Below the pieces are notes generated by a model. That model was not told the DNA's origin. It was given only the letters and a program-made list of their open reading frames with translations, and searched no databases. A stretch of 61,731 nucleotides of DNA, counting the filler, from Nemertoderma westbladi (taxonomy: Eukaryota; Animalia; Xenacoelomorpha): assembly GCA_032718475.1 (NCBI GenBank). It is 3 parts of 3 records of this genome, joined end to end, with 100 filler letters (N's around TTAATTAATTAA, not from the genome) between each part and the next. Parts side by side here need not be neighbours in the genome. Positions count along the whole stretch, not along the records: positions 25,037 to 45,285 come from JAUCBJ010001131.1; positions 45,386 to 61,731 come from JAUCBJ010002809.1; 1 more part is not named here. One strand, 5' to 3'. Positions 36,930-48,923 of this stretch are shown in pieces. Every line of letters starts with the position of its first letter. Positions within the stretch are counted from its first letter, which is position 1. A program made the position numbers and the translations under genes.

Positions 36930-38715
36930 AAAGCCCGCAAGGAATCAGCCAAGAGGCATATTCCCCAGAAATCCAAACTAAAACATCATGTGCCATGGCA
37001 AGATTCTGTGGTAACCTGTAGGAGAAAATAGATAATTGAGGAAGTGGGGAAGTGGAAAAATCACTTCAGCAACTTGCTTGGGCAGCCACCAAACATCGAG
37101 GTCAGCCCTACAAGGAAAATATATGACAAGACACTACCTATAGAAACAGGGGACTCTCTGCCCAACTCCAAAGAAACATTAGCATATTCAATCAAGCGAG
37201 TGGATTAGAAGAAATCCATGCAGAGGTATGGAAAACAGGAGTGCTAAACAAACCATTATTGAATGTTTGCAACCAGGACATCGAGCGAGTGATGACCTGA
37301 AACCACCCTAGAACCAGTAACCACCATATATTTTAAACGCAGACTCAATACGAATTTCATAACAGCCGCTGCTAAACCTATCAAACAATGCTGCATTCTA
37401 GAACAAAACTAACTATAGCAGAGAGAGGGGTAGTTATAGTTCCAACACAAACAAGCACAAATATAAATCGCTGTTCCACATCAGTGTCAGTAGTTCTAGT
37501 AAAGTAACAGTGAATACAGTTAAATTCAATATTAAATAAATACAAAATATTTAACTATGTTATAGTACATGGTAAACACAAACTAATATTATTAAAAGTA
37601 ATTAAAACCTTAACAATATGAAACAAAATCAAATATTATCAAATACAAATTAAATTGGAGACATTTTCTCACGAAATTTAACATAACTACCCATCACTTC
37701 CCCCTTCCATCTCCCCTTTCAGTCAGCACCCCAACCCAAAATCACAACCGCGCCGTGCTCTCACCAGATGTTCAAACTTAGTTCTTATCAATCCTAGCTG
37801 GTGTACTCCGACACATTAGCACCATTACTATTTGTAATTGTGCTGGATTACGCAATGAGGACGGCCACAAAAGGAGAACATCTTCGATGCACATTACAAG
37901 AACGCAGAAGTAGAAGATATCCGGCAACTACAGTCTAAGAAGTCGACTTTACAGATGACATCACATCGCTCTGCTCTCTAATAATACGCTAGAGAATGCA
38001 CAGCTTCTACTGAATAAAGTGTAGAGGGATGCTAAGGAGGTTGGATTGTATATAAATGCTACTAAGACCGAATTCATGACTTTTAATGTTAATGGGAACT
38101 TGACAACCATTGATAATAATCAACTAAGGAAGGTTGACGACTTCCAGTACCTTGGATCATGGATTGAGAGTAGCAAAAAGGACATAGAAGTTAGGAAAGC
38201 AAAGGCTTGGGTAGCTCTATCAAAAATGGATACCATCTGGAAGTCAAACCTCTACACTCTACAGGCACCTGAAGACTAGGTTCTTTCGAGCCACGGTGGA
38301 GAGTGTTACTTTTATTCGGGGGTGAGACCTGGACACTGACAAAATTACTTGAACTGAATTGATGGTTACTACACAAGACTACTGAAGGCAGCCCTAAACA
38401 TCAGCTGGAGACAACACATGAGAAGAGCCGAGCTTTATGGTACAATACCACCTGTATCAACCACCCTCCGTGAACGCAGATTAAGATTCAGTGTGCACTG
38501 CTGGAGAAGTAAAGACAAGGTCATACCAGATCTACTTTTCTGGCAACCAACTCATGGAAAGCGTAGTCGTGGACGACCGGCCATATCATATATAGATCAA
38601 CTTGAAAGGGGTACTGAACTTGGGAGAAACGAAATTGCGACAACTATGGAGAATCGGGAAGCCTGGAAGGATTTCATTTCCACTGCCCGAGCACGCTTGA
38701 CTTAATAGTAGTAAG
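36930..38715 (+). mobile_element. Degenerate RTE-like LINE (second family), interrupted at ~37290-37790
   Basis: DTLAPLLFVIVLDYAMR, DFTDDI, LYINATKTEFM..VDDFQYLGSWI..RKAKAW, RRLRFSVHCWR..WQPTHGKRSRGRP, then a TAGTAGTAAGT tail. Confidence 0.85.
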
Positions 38716-40257
38716 TTTATAAATTAATTACATATGTTATTATCCCAGTAGTACATCAGACCAAACCCTGGCTTCCTTTTACATCATCTGTATAATATGT
38801 AGTCGCCTTCGTTCAATATCTCTCACAGAGTAATAACTTGTACATATACAAATTGTTGTATTGTTTTTGTTAGTCAGCCCTACTGTAACCAGTGGGTTTT
38901 TTTTAGTGAAAACCTGGTATTCTTCAATGGGGGTAATTGCAACGTGGTATATGACAGCAGTAAAATTGCCAAAAGGCCTTGTCAAAGATTGTCAATCTAC
39001 TGTGTTCTATAACATTTGTGCCTACCAGGTTAGAGTCCCTCGCGTAAGCATCCATGTATAATCCATGCATGAGACTAGACAAGGAATATTAAAAAAGTCA
39101 TAATAAATAGTCAGTCCTTTTGCCCAGTTATGTACGGTTATGTTAGTTGTGTACATTTATGTCCATTAATAAGACTCAGAACCCCATGAGTTTAGTCAAT
39201 ATAATGAATGCTATTACAACAAATAATACACATAATTACCCTTGAACGACATGTCAACGGCTTAATTGTTTGATATTCGCCTTCGACTAAACATCAATAC
39301 GGCCTTTCAAGACAATAATATGTCAAAAACCGGCCTTTTGTTTCCAATGTCAAAGGTGAAGATGAGACATTTTTTATGGGTACGTCTCGTCCAAATCTCA
39401 CGTAGATGTGAAATTGTCTTGTGTTTATAACAAACACTCTATAATCCTAGTACCTATATGGGGGGTTATATCCATAATAAAATTGTGTTTCTACATTATT
39501 ACAATCAATCATTATTACTTAATGTTCACTAACAACATTATGTTATGCAGACATAGGGGGGCTTTAAATATATGAACTTGGCACTGCCCAGTTGGAATTC
39601 TTTGTCTCTTGGTTGAGTGATAGGGGGTGATTCTAACTGTTTATAGCGAGTGCTATGGCTTGATAGGTAGGTTTGTAAAGGCCAAAAGGGATCATATTTT
39701 AAACAAAGGGAAGAACTTTAAACACTTTGGCTATATGGTGGAATATTTTATTATGGAATTCGACGATTAGTGAGTTAAGCTAAGTTATTGAACTACATCA
39801 GTCCCTCTAGCACCGTGGAAACAACAATAGTTTAATTTTCTTTCAAATTGTTTTTAATCCCTGCGAGGGTATATTGGGGGGGAAATTTGCGTTATTACAA
39901 ATTTGAGTGTAATTAGATTGAAACCACTGATGCCATACCTTTGCCAAGTATTAATTAGAAGATTATGATTACAGCCATTGAAACGTAACGTAATAACTGC
40001 CAAGGTGAGATGTGTGTTGAGTTAGGCACAAGACACAAATTTATGAAAGAATTAACAAATATAAATCGGTTTGGGGATGATTTATTATATATATTTTGAA
40101 TATTTTAGTGAACAAAATATTTAATGAACCACCGATATCCGTTAGAAATCATATCATCTTTGATCAATCTACCTTGCAAACGATAAATTTATGGAAATAT
40201 AGATATGGTCAAGTCAAACCCTAAACCCATACATAAAAATCCTCTATCCATACACAT

Positions 40258-40655
40258 CTCGGGTTCATTGTGTCAAGTACAATGCACACATCTCCAACCA
40301 GCCACTATATAACAGTGGAGGTGCACTATATAACATTGGATGTGTCTCGTCTCATTGGTTCCCCCAAGCTTGATGGCACTAGAACAAACACCTCCGCTTT
40401 GCAGGACATTGTTTTCGCCGTGAGGACCAGCCTGTACACAATCTTGTGCTTCGGCCGCCCTATGGAGAAAATAAGCATGGTGGACAGCCCATGACTTTCT
40501 TGAGACGCATCTTAAAGGACACTGGCCTTGAAGATGCGGATGATCTAGCAAATGTCATAGGTGATAGGGAGTTGTCCACAATCCGGCACAGCATTCATTA
40601 TATATATGTAATATATATAATGCAGCTGCAATGCAGCATACCGTTAGTAGTAGTA
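40258..40655 (+). mobile_element. RTE-like LINE 3' fragment
   Basis: Matches 33785-34160 and has a (TAG)n tail. Confidence 0.85.
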
Positions 40656-40859
40656 TTCTTACAAATATGTTTATTTCAAATTAAATAATAATAATAATAT
40701 TAAAATAATATTATGATTTTAAATTGTATTGTTATAATACCAGTAAAGTACTTTATCTTATATTATATAATTAATTATGTAATGAATTTAGTGAGAACGC
40801 CCAGTAAGAAAATTCAATAATATTAAGAATAAGAACATATAATAATAATCAATACTTAC

Positions 40860-40988
40860 AGAATCAGCTTCAGGTATTTCCTTGTCTTCCCCAACAGCAT
40901 ATAATGAAACAAAAAAAGAAGCGAACATGAATACGAATAATAGATAACAGCAACTAGAACAAAAACGCATTGTCCTGGTCATATCCAT
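40860..40988 (-). CDS. Candidate first coding exon encoding a signal peptide
   Basis: MDMTRTMRFCSSCCYLLFVFMFASFFVSLYAVGEDKEIPEADS followed by a consensus donor gtaagt (phase 0). Confidence 0.45.
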
Positions 40989-42393
40989 AAAACCTCTTGC
41001 GAATTGGCATGTATGTTTGTTACTACCATAGGCAATAGAATCATGATTATTAGATTAAGTCAAAATATTAAAGATCAAAGTTTTAAATATGTCCGATATA
41101 AGACTTTATAATACCGTTACACTAACCCTAAAGTAAAATATTGTAATATAATATATATCCAGGTATATTCGGTATATATCCAGGGATATTAGGTACCATT
41201 AATATGTAAATTGTGGCTCGATTTCTCCGTCCTACAGTCCTACACATACCGGTACGTTATGCAGTGCAATGTAGGCCTTCACACACACTGACCGCACACT
41301 GCACAGACATTCAGAACAATTATCATTATGATTTAATTTAATTTCAATTCCTCTATTCTTGAGAACTTTCATTATATTAATACATTACATTATTATTATC
41401 ATTACATTATTATATTATATTAATTACATTATCTGGAAAATATAAAGTAACAATAAATTGTACTGTACATAAACAAAAAATTTGGTAAACCTATAAAACA
41501 ATTTTAAATATATTATAATTACCTTTAAGGGGAGCAGGGAGTACTAATGTTTTACTATTTAACATTTACCCCGTTATCTTGTGATATTCTGATTGAAATT
41601 TCTCAAAATTTTGAACATATGTAGAGAAACATTAATATAACTCATTGAACTAGAATTATTGAAAAAAATTAATAACTTCCTTAACTTTTTAATATTATTA
41701 ATAATAGTTAATAATTTAGCACTATTTAGTTCAAAAGTTTATTAATAATTTAAAAAATAGTAATGCTCACATCAAAATTCTAGTTCAATGTTTGAGACAT
41801 GTCATTCCACACCTTCAATCAAAATATTGAGTAATTTGGTCGAAAACTTTTGGAAATAATGGGGCATTTGTGTACGGATATGTCATTTTGAGATAAACTC
41901 AATTGAAAACGAAATTCATAAAATTTTGATCTTTAAACTGCTATTTCTCGAGCACCAATCGGTCTTTTTTGGAAAACTAAATAGTTTGGGATTTATCTTA
42001 GTCAGGCGAATCAACCCACATAATAAAAATTGTTAAAGTAACTATATCTGACCTGCTATGATGGATGTAGTCCAATATTCATTTCAAAATTTTCAAATCT
42101 GAGAGGGATAAATGTGAAAAATTAAAAATAAATCTACATTGAAATTCAGCTGAGCAGCTAAGACGCTGTCATTGGCTGCACCAAATTGGAGGGAAATTCA
42201 AACTGATAGCACACTACATCTTTTTACATTTTTATAGCAATAATCTGAATAAAAGCACAGCTAGTTTGGTAGGCCTATTATCAGCTGATCATTCTGTCAC
42301 AGTTAGACATTTTATCTCTGCTCTTACCTGTTTTATGCATTATTTTATGCTGCATTGGTATATATTTTATATGTGGAGTGAAGAAACGTCGAG

Positions 42394-44139
42394 ATGACAA
42401 GACGAAAAGCGATATTTGGAAAGCGTTCCTACCATGGTAATCGATTTAGTTCGAATGTTATTGCCAAATCTATTCCAATCCCCGTAAGTACCTGTACTAC
42501 ACCACCGGTTGAAAAACAAAGTACCGGTACTGTTCAAATTCCTGATAGGCCTACTAAACCCGTAAAAGAAATATCGGCTTCAACTAAGAAACTAAACCGA
42601 AGTGGGTTGGTCGATGAAAGTTCCGGCAGGCTGGGGTTTATTGTTTTAGATTTGGATATTTTGAATTGTGTGTTATCGGAATATACATGTTGTAAGTCTT
42701 GTGGTGGAGTTGTAGTAATTGATGAAGACACCTGTGGCAGGGGTTTATCTTCCAAATTGAAACTACATTGCGATAATTGTACCAGTCTGAAAAGGTTTTA
42801 TACATCGCCATTAGTGGATAATCAATATGAAATTAATTTGCGTTTAGTGTATGGTTTGCGTTGTATTGGTGTGGGATTTGAAGGAGGTAACACTTTATGC
42901 AGCATAATGGGACTGCCACAACCTCCACAAAAATTTATTGAACACACAAAATCATTACTTGAAGCTGCTAAACCAATTGCAGAAGCCTCAATGGTAGACG
43001 CAGCTAAGGAGGTAATAAAAGAAAATGGTGGAAATACAGACATTGGCATCTCGATTGATGGTTCATGGCAGAAACGTGGACATACATCAAAAAATGGTGT
43101 TGTTTCTATAGTTGCCATGGATACTGGGAAAGTTTTAGACATTCACTGCCTAACTAAACATTGCCACGGTTGTTCAATCAGGAAAGAAAGTGTTGAAGCA
43201 CATAAAAATGTCTGTGTGAAAAATCATAGTGGGTCTAGTGGTGCAATGGAGGGTGTTGGTGCTAGAATACTATTTCAAAGAAGCAAGTCTAAACTAGGAA
43301 TGCGATATACCAAATATTTAGGTGATGGTGATACTAACTCGTTCTCTGAAGTTGCCCAGAGTAGACCATATGGGGATAAAGTAACTATTGAAAAACTAGA
43401 ATGTGTGGGCCATGTGCAAAAGAGGATGGGTTGTCGCTTGCGGAAATTGAAAGCTTCACTGAAGGGTGTGAAACTGTCAGATGGAAGAGTGATTTCTGGT
43501 AAAAACAGACTAACAGACGCGCGGATAGATAGGCTTCAAGGTTACTATGGAAATGCTATTCGGGCAAATGGTCACAGTGTCGATGCGATGAAAAAGGCAA
43601 TCTGGGCAACGTATTTCCACTATCTCTCCACTGACAAAAACCCATCCCATGGACTTTGCCCCAAAGGTGCTGATAGTTGGTGCAAATATAACATTGCACA
43701 AATCACCCAACAAGCCTATACTCATAAAAATTCAATTCCGGAACCGATACTTTTGAAGCTGAAACCAATATATCGAGATCTCACTGAGAATAAACTCTTA
43801 TCAAAGTGCCTTCATGGGAAAACTCAAAATGTAAACGAGAGTTTAAATAACTCAATTTGGACTCGGTGCCCAAAGCGAGTATTTATTGGTATACACACGC
43901 TGCAACTCGGAACATTGGATGCTGTATTGGTCTATAATGATGGAAATGAATCTCGAATACGTGTCCTAAAGCAGCTGGGGATAGACCCAGGCAAACATAC
44001 TAACTATGGCCTACTCTCCTTGGACATGAGACGTGTCCGCACTGCTAACCGCGTTGATAGGGAAGCCAGAGCAAAGAACAGGCGTAAAAGAAAAAGGAAA
44101 GAAGAAACTGATAATGAGTACATTACAGGTGGATACTAA
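42394..44139 (+). CDS. Kolobok-type ('Mutator-like domain') DDE transposase, 581 aa, uninterrupted
   Basis: CxxC..CxxC, SIDGSWQKRGH.S.NG, GSSGAMEG, YLGDGDT, KLECVGHVQKRMG, HGKTQNVNESLN, basic C-terminal NLS-like stretch. Confidence 0.9.
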   Translation: MTRRKAIFGKRSYHGNRFSSNVIAKSIPIPVSTCTTPPVEKQSTGTVQIPDRPTKPVKEISASTKKLNRSGLVDESSGRLGFIVLDLDILNCVLSEYTCCKSCGGVVVIDEDTCGRGLSSKLKLHCDNCTSLKRFYTSPLVDNQYEINLRLVYGLRCIGVGFEGGNTLCSIMGLPQPPQKFIEHTKSLLEAAKPIAEASMVDAAKEVIKENGGNTDIGISIDGSWQKRGHTSKNGVVSIVAMDTGKVLDIHCLTKHCHGCSIRKESVEAHKNVCVKNHSGSSGAMEGVGARILFQRSKSKLGMRYTKYLGDGDTNSFSEVAQSRPYGDKVTIEKLECVGHVQKRMGCRLRKLKASLKGVKLSDGRVISGKNRLTDARIDRLQGYYGNAIRANGHSVDAMKKAIWATYFHYLSTDKNPSHGLCPKGADSWCKYNIAQITQQAYTHKNSIPEPILLKLKPIYRDLTENKLLSKCLHGKTQNVNESLNNSIWTRCPKRVFIGIHTLQLGTLDAVLVYNDGNESRIRVLKQLGIDPGKHTNYGLLSLDMRRVRTANRVDREARAKNRRKRKRKEETDNEYITGGY

Positions 44140-44184
44140 CTTGCAAATAATATGGAAACTAATTCTACACCTAATACAATAAAT

Positions 44185-44778
44185 TAGTAATTAAATAATT
44201 AATAACATTATTAATTAATTAATTAATTAATTAATTAATTAATTAATTAATTAATTAATCACAATTAATAATAATAAATTTGTTTTATCAATAATTTTTT
44301 TGTTCATATTGTAATGGTATTATTATTAATGTGCAATTAATTAATTAATTAAATATTAATTATTAATATATAATATATTAATATTATTAATAATTATAAT
44401 TAATATTATATTATATAATTAATAATATATTAATATAATATTAATTAATTATTAATTAAAATAATTAATTAATTATTAATTAAAATAATTAATTAATTAT
44501 TAATTAAAATAATTAATTAATTATTAATTAAAATAATTAATTAATTATTAATGTGCAATTAATTAATTAATTAAATATTAATTATTAATATATAATATAT
44601 TAATATTATTAATAATTATAATTAATATTATATTATATAATTAATAATATATTAATATAATATTAATTAATTATTAATTAAAATAATTAATTAATTATTA
44701 ATTAAAATAATTAATTAATTATTAATTAAAATAATTAATTAATTATTAATTAAAATAATTAATTAATTATTAATGTGC
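44185..44778. repeat. Almost pure-AT low-complexity tract: (TTAA)n plus a ~220-bp tandem duplication
   Basis: ~44330-44550 is repeated at ~44551-44775. Confidence 0.9.
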
Positions 44779-45285
44779 TATTACGTGGCTATTCATACAT
44801 TTAAAAAATGTTCCAGAAAAAAAAAATTATTAAAGACGAATAATATTTAGGATTACATCATGTTAATTTTGTTAAATTTTTTTTCGAAAAAAAATGTCAG
44901 GAGTGCACTTCACTCAAATGTTCATAACTTTTGAATGCTTGATTGTATTTAATTAGGACTTAATTTTTTGAATAGCTAATAAAATTTTGAACTAGAAAAT
45001 TCAATAAAAAAAATTTGGTCAGAAAATTCTTTTTTCACTGCCTGCTCCCCTTAAGGGTAAATTATAGGTATATAACGTACAATCTTGAGTATATAATGTA
45101 ATATTTCTTGACATTTGGTCAGGACCTCAACCAATGGAAGTATAATTTCATACAGTAATATATAATATAAATAGAATATGAAATAATATTTATTTCTAAT
45201 CATAAACTATAACTTTAGAACGCAGAATTCTGCGCGGCTAATTATATATTCTTCCTGGCATTTATATATATGTCAACGAATCAAA

Positions 45286-45385
45286 NNNNNNNNNNNNNNN
45301 NNNNNNNNNNNNNNNNNNNNNNNNNNNNNTTAATTAATTAANNNNNNNNNNNNNNNNNNNNNNNNNNNNNNNNNNNNNNNNNNNN
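45286..45385. other. Assembly gap with a TTAATTAATTAA spacer
   Basis: N-run with a central 12-mer. Confidence 0.95.
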
Positions 45386-46151
45386 TCAAAAATCTTCAGG
45401 TGGTTAGTTATAGTGCTTAACAAATTCATAAAGTTAAACTGGTTAAAAAGTGCAGCTAAAACATGAACTTGTGATATATGTGAAGCTAACAATGGCATGC
45501 TGGGTTTGAAAAAAATGAAAAGTTATAAATTTAATGGAAGATGAAATTTCATATATTATTTATAACCTTTTTGAGAAAAAGTAAGAAACGAATTACCGAA
45601 AATTATTCATCAATATAATAATTACAAAATTAAAAAAACAAGTATATTCATTAAAAAATAAAAATAAACATCATTAAAAATGTGATAATTAGGGCAATAA
45701 AAGTCTAATAGTCATTAGGGCAGAGAAACTTATTGATTTGTCACAAAAATCGCCACGTTAGCCAAGCCAATAACACCAACACCATGTCCTGGAATACAAC
45801 AGGTACAACAGTACCTACAAATCACTAAAAGGTCGACAATTAAGTAACTGGTAAAATATCGCCCAATGTTTTTATTTCAAATGTTAGTAAAGTTTATATT
45901 TTTACATTTGTTGTTTTCAATATATATAATTTTTTCATTTAGAAATTTCACTAACATATTAGAAAAAACCCTGGCGAGTATCTATAACATCTATATCAGT
46001 CCAGGACTACCAGATAGATAGATAGAAGTATTTTATAGTTTTTTTAAACAACCATATTATTACAGTCAGCGAAATATGTTGTAAAAAAATAACTATGTAA
46101 TCGAACTGCATTATGAGTGGTTTTAAAATCAGAGAGAAACGACAATATTTA

Positions 46152-46298
<147 letters not shown>

Positions 46299-46919
46299 TT
46301 ATTTATTATTACGACTCTACCGCGCCAATGTGCCAGTTGTATAACGGGAAATAGTCAAAAAAGGCTTTTTAGCCCGAAATTATAAATATATCATTTCATT
46401 GATTAACTGAACTACGAAACCCACGAATTAAGTAAACCAATATATAAATCACTTACAAACTCATTAATTAACTAACGTAATAACTAAACTACCTTACCTA
46501 GTAAGCTCGATAAGTTACTAACTCACAACTAACTAACTTATACCAATAAGAACCAACTTATTAACTAACTAAAGTTAACTAACCCTCTAATTGAATACAA
46601 AACTAAATAACTCGCCCAACCAATAACTAACTATAACTCACAAACAATAAAGAACTCACTGAAGTAACAAATACTAGCAAACAAGAACCCATTGAAATAT
46701 TGAGACGATGTCTAGGCGAATTCACAATGTGAATTTATCAATATTAAGGGAAAGGAGCAGGGTACAGGTGGTACTTTTTTCTGGCCAAAAAAATAAACTT
46801 TAAGTCAATAGAACGGGTTAATTAGTTATTTTTTTAGATCAATCAGCTCTGTTATTTGCGCCGATATATGTATATTAAAATATATGGTTCCTACAAAATA
46901 TTACTTTACAACGGTGGGA

Positions 46920-48133
46920 GTTACGCACTGCGACCACCCTAACGATGTGTTACTGCGACGACCCAATCAAGGTGTTACTGCGACCACCCCAACAAGGTGT
47001 TACTGCGACCACCCACTCACGGTGTTACTGCGACCACCCCAACAAGGTGTTACTGCGACCACCCACATAATGTATTACTGCGACCACCCACATAATGTAT
47101 TACTGCGACCACCCACTCACGGTGTTACTGCGACCACTCACACAATGTGTTACTGCGACCACTCACTCAAGGTGTTACTGCGATCACCACCACAAGGTAT
47201 TACTGCGACCACCCACATAATGTATTACTGCGACCACGCACTCACGGTGTTAAGGCGACCACTCACACAATGTGTTACTGCGACCACCCCAACAAGGTGT
47301 TACTGCGACCATACCAACAAGGTGTTACTGCGACCACCCACACAATGTGTTACTGCGACCGCCCACTCAAGGTGTTACTGCGACCACCCCAACAAGGTGT
47401 TACTGCGACCACTCACTCAAGGTGTTACTGCGACCACCCCAACAAGGTGTTACTGCGACCACCCACTCACGGTGTTACTGCGATCACCCCCACAAGGTAT
47501 TACTGCGACCACCCACACAATGTGCTACTGCGACCACCCACTCAAGGTGTTACTGCGACCACCCCAAAAAGGTGTTACTGCGACCACCCACATAATGTAT
47601 TACTGCGACCACCCACTCACGGTGTTACTGCGACCACTCACACAATGTGTTACTGCGACCACTCACTCAAGGTGTTACTGTGACCATACCAACAAGGTGT
47701 TACTGCGACCACCCACACAATGTGTTACTGCGACCACCCACTCAAGGTGTTACTGCGACCACCCCAACAAGGTGTCACTGCGACTATACCAACAAGGTGT
47801 TACTGCGACCACCCACACAATGTGTTACTGCGACCACCCACTCAAGGTGTTACTGCGACCACCCCAATAAGGTGTTACTGCGACCACCCACTCAAGGTGT
47901 TACTGCGACCAATCACACAATGTGTTACTTCGACCACCCACTCAAGGTGTTACTGCGACCACCCCACTCCCATTAGTGTTACTGCGACCACCCACACAAT
48001 GTGTTACTGCGACCACCCCAACAAGTTGTTACTGCGACCACCCACAAGTGTTACTGCGACCACCCACACAATGTGTTACTGCGACCACCCCAACAAGTTG
48101 TTACTGCGACCACCCACAAGTGTTACTGCGACC
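46920..48133. repeat. 24-25-bp minisatellite: constant core with a few alternative linkers
   Basis: Core TGTTACTGCGACCAC followed by CCCAACAAGG, CCACTCAAGG, CCACACAATG and similar. Confidence 0.9.
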
Positions 48134-48923
48134 ATTTTATAATTATCATCAACTTGCCCTGCCAATGTTAATTAATTAGCCATTATCAAATATTTATTAA
48201 TATTTAAATATCAAGTTATTATTATATTTAAAATATGACGAAAATAAATGTTAAAAAATCACTAACAACATGAAATGAAATACTATGGAACATAAATAAT
48301 ATTGCCTGGAGATAAATTGCGGTGTCTATAAGTAGTAAAATTAATATTTTATTTTAACCAACAAAAGTAAATCTAAATATAAATAATAATAGTAAGTAAA
48401 CAAAAAGTATGTGAATGAACTGGCAGAAGATCATATAATATGTATATGTATATTAAGAGTTACAGCCAAGCCATCATACAAATATAATTCAAATGATTAT
48501 TAAATTATTATTAAAAGATCTTTATAAGTAGAAGTAGACAATTTAATAGCTAGTAGGCAGTACTAAACTAATCATACTTGTATTATTACGTTCTTAAAAT
48601 ATTAAAGAGATTAAAATATATTGGCACATCACATATTATTTATACTCAAAACATAAAAAGCACAATCATTGCAGCACACTATATAATAATAATTGATAAA
48701 CTAACAAACTGGTTGGAGCACATACAAAATAAATATAAACAATAATAATTAATTAAATAAATAATGTCTTCCATCTAAAATTAAATACAAATTGCGTTGT
48801 AATTCTGTTTCCGTGTCCAAAATATCCAAATGGCAGTAAATAATCGAATGGAAAAACATATTTAATATCGTCAGGGTTTCGACTAAAGCGTAATATCTGC
48901 CTCATAAGTCTGACTAACTGATA

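Larger units (their letters stand above)
41529..45050 (+). mobile_element. Full-length Kolobok-type DNA transposon
   Basis: TTAA duplication (41525-41528, 45051-45054); 14-bp TIR GGGGAGCAGG(G/C)AGT; intact transposase ORF inside. Confidence 0.9.

Noticed and set aside
39100-40250. Coding-like unique sequence
   Set aside because: No sustained open frame or recognisable motif by eye.
46920-48133. CRISPR-like repeat/spacer pattern
   Set aside because: Linkers are only 9-10 nt and recur; the context is a eukaryotic intron; no cas genes.
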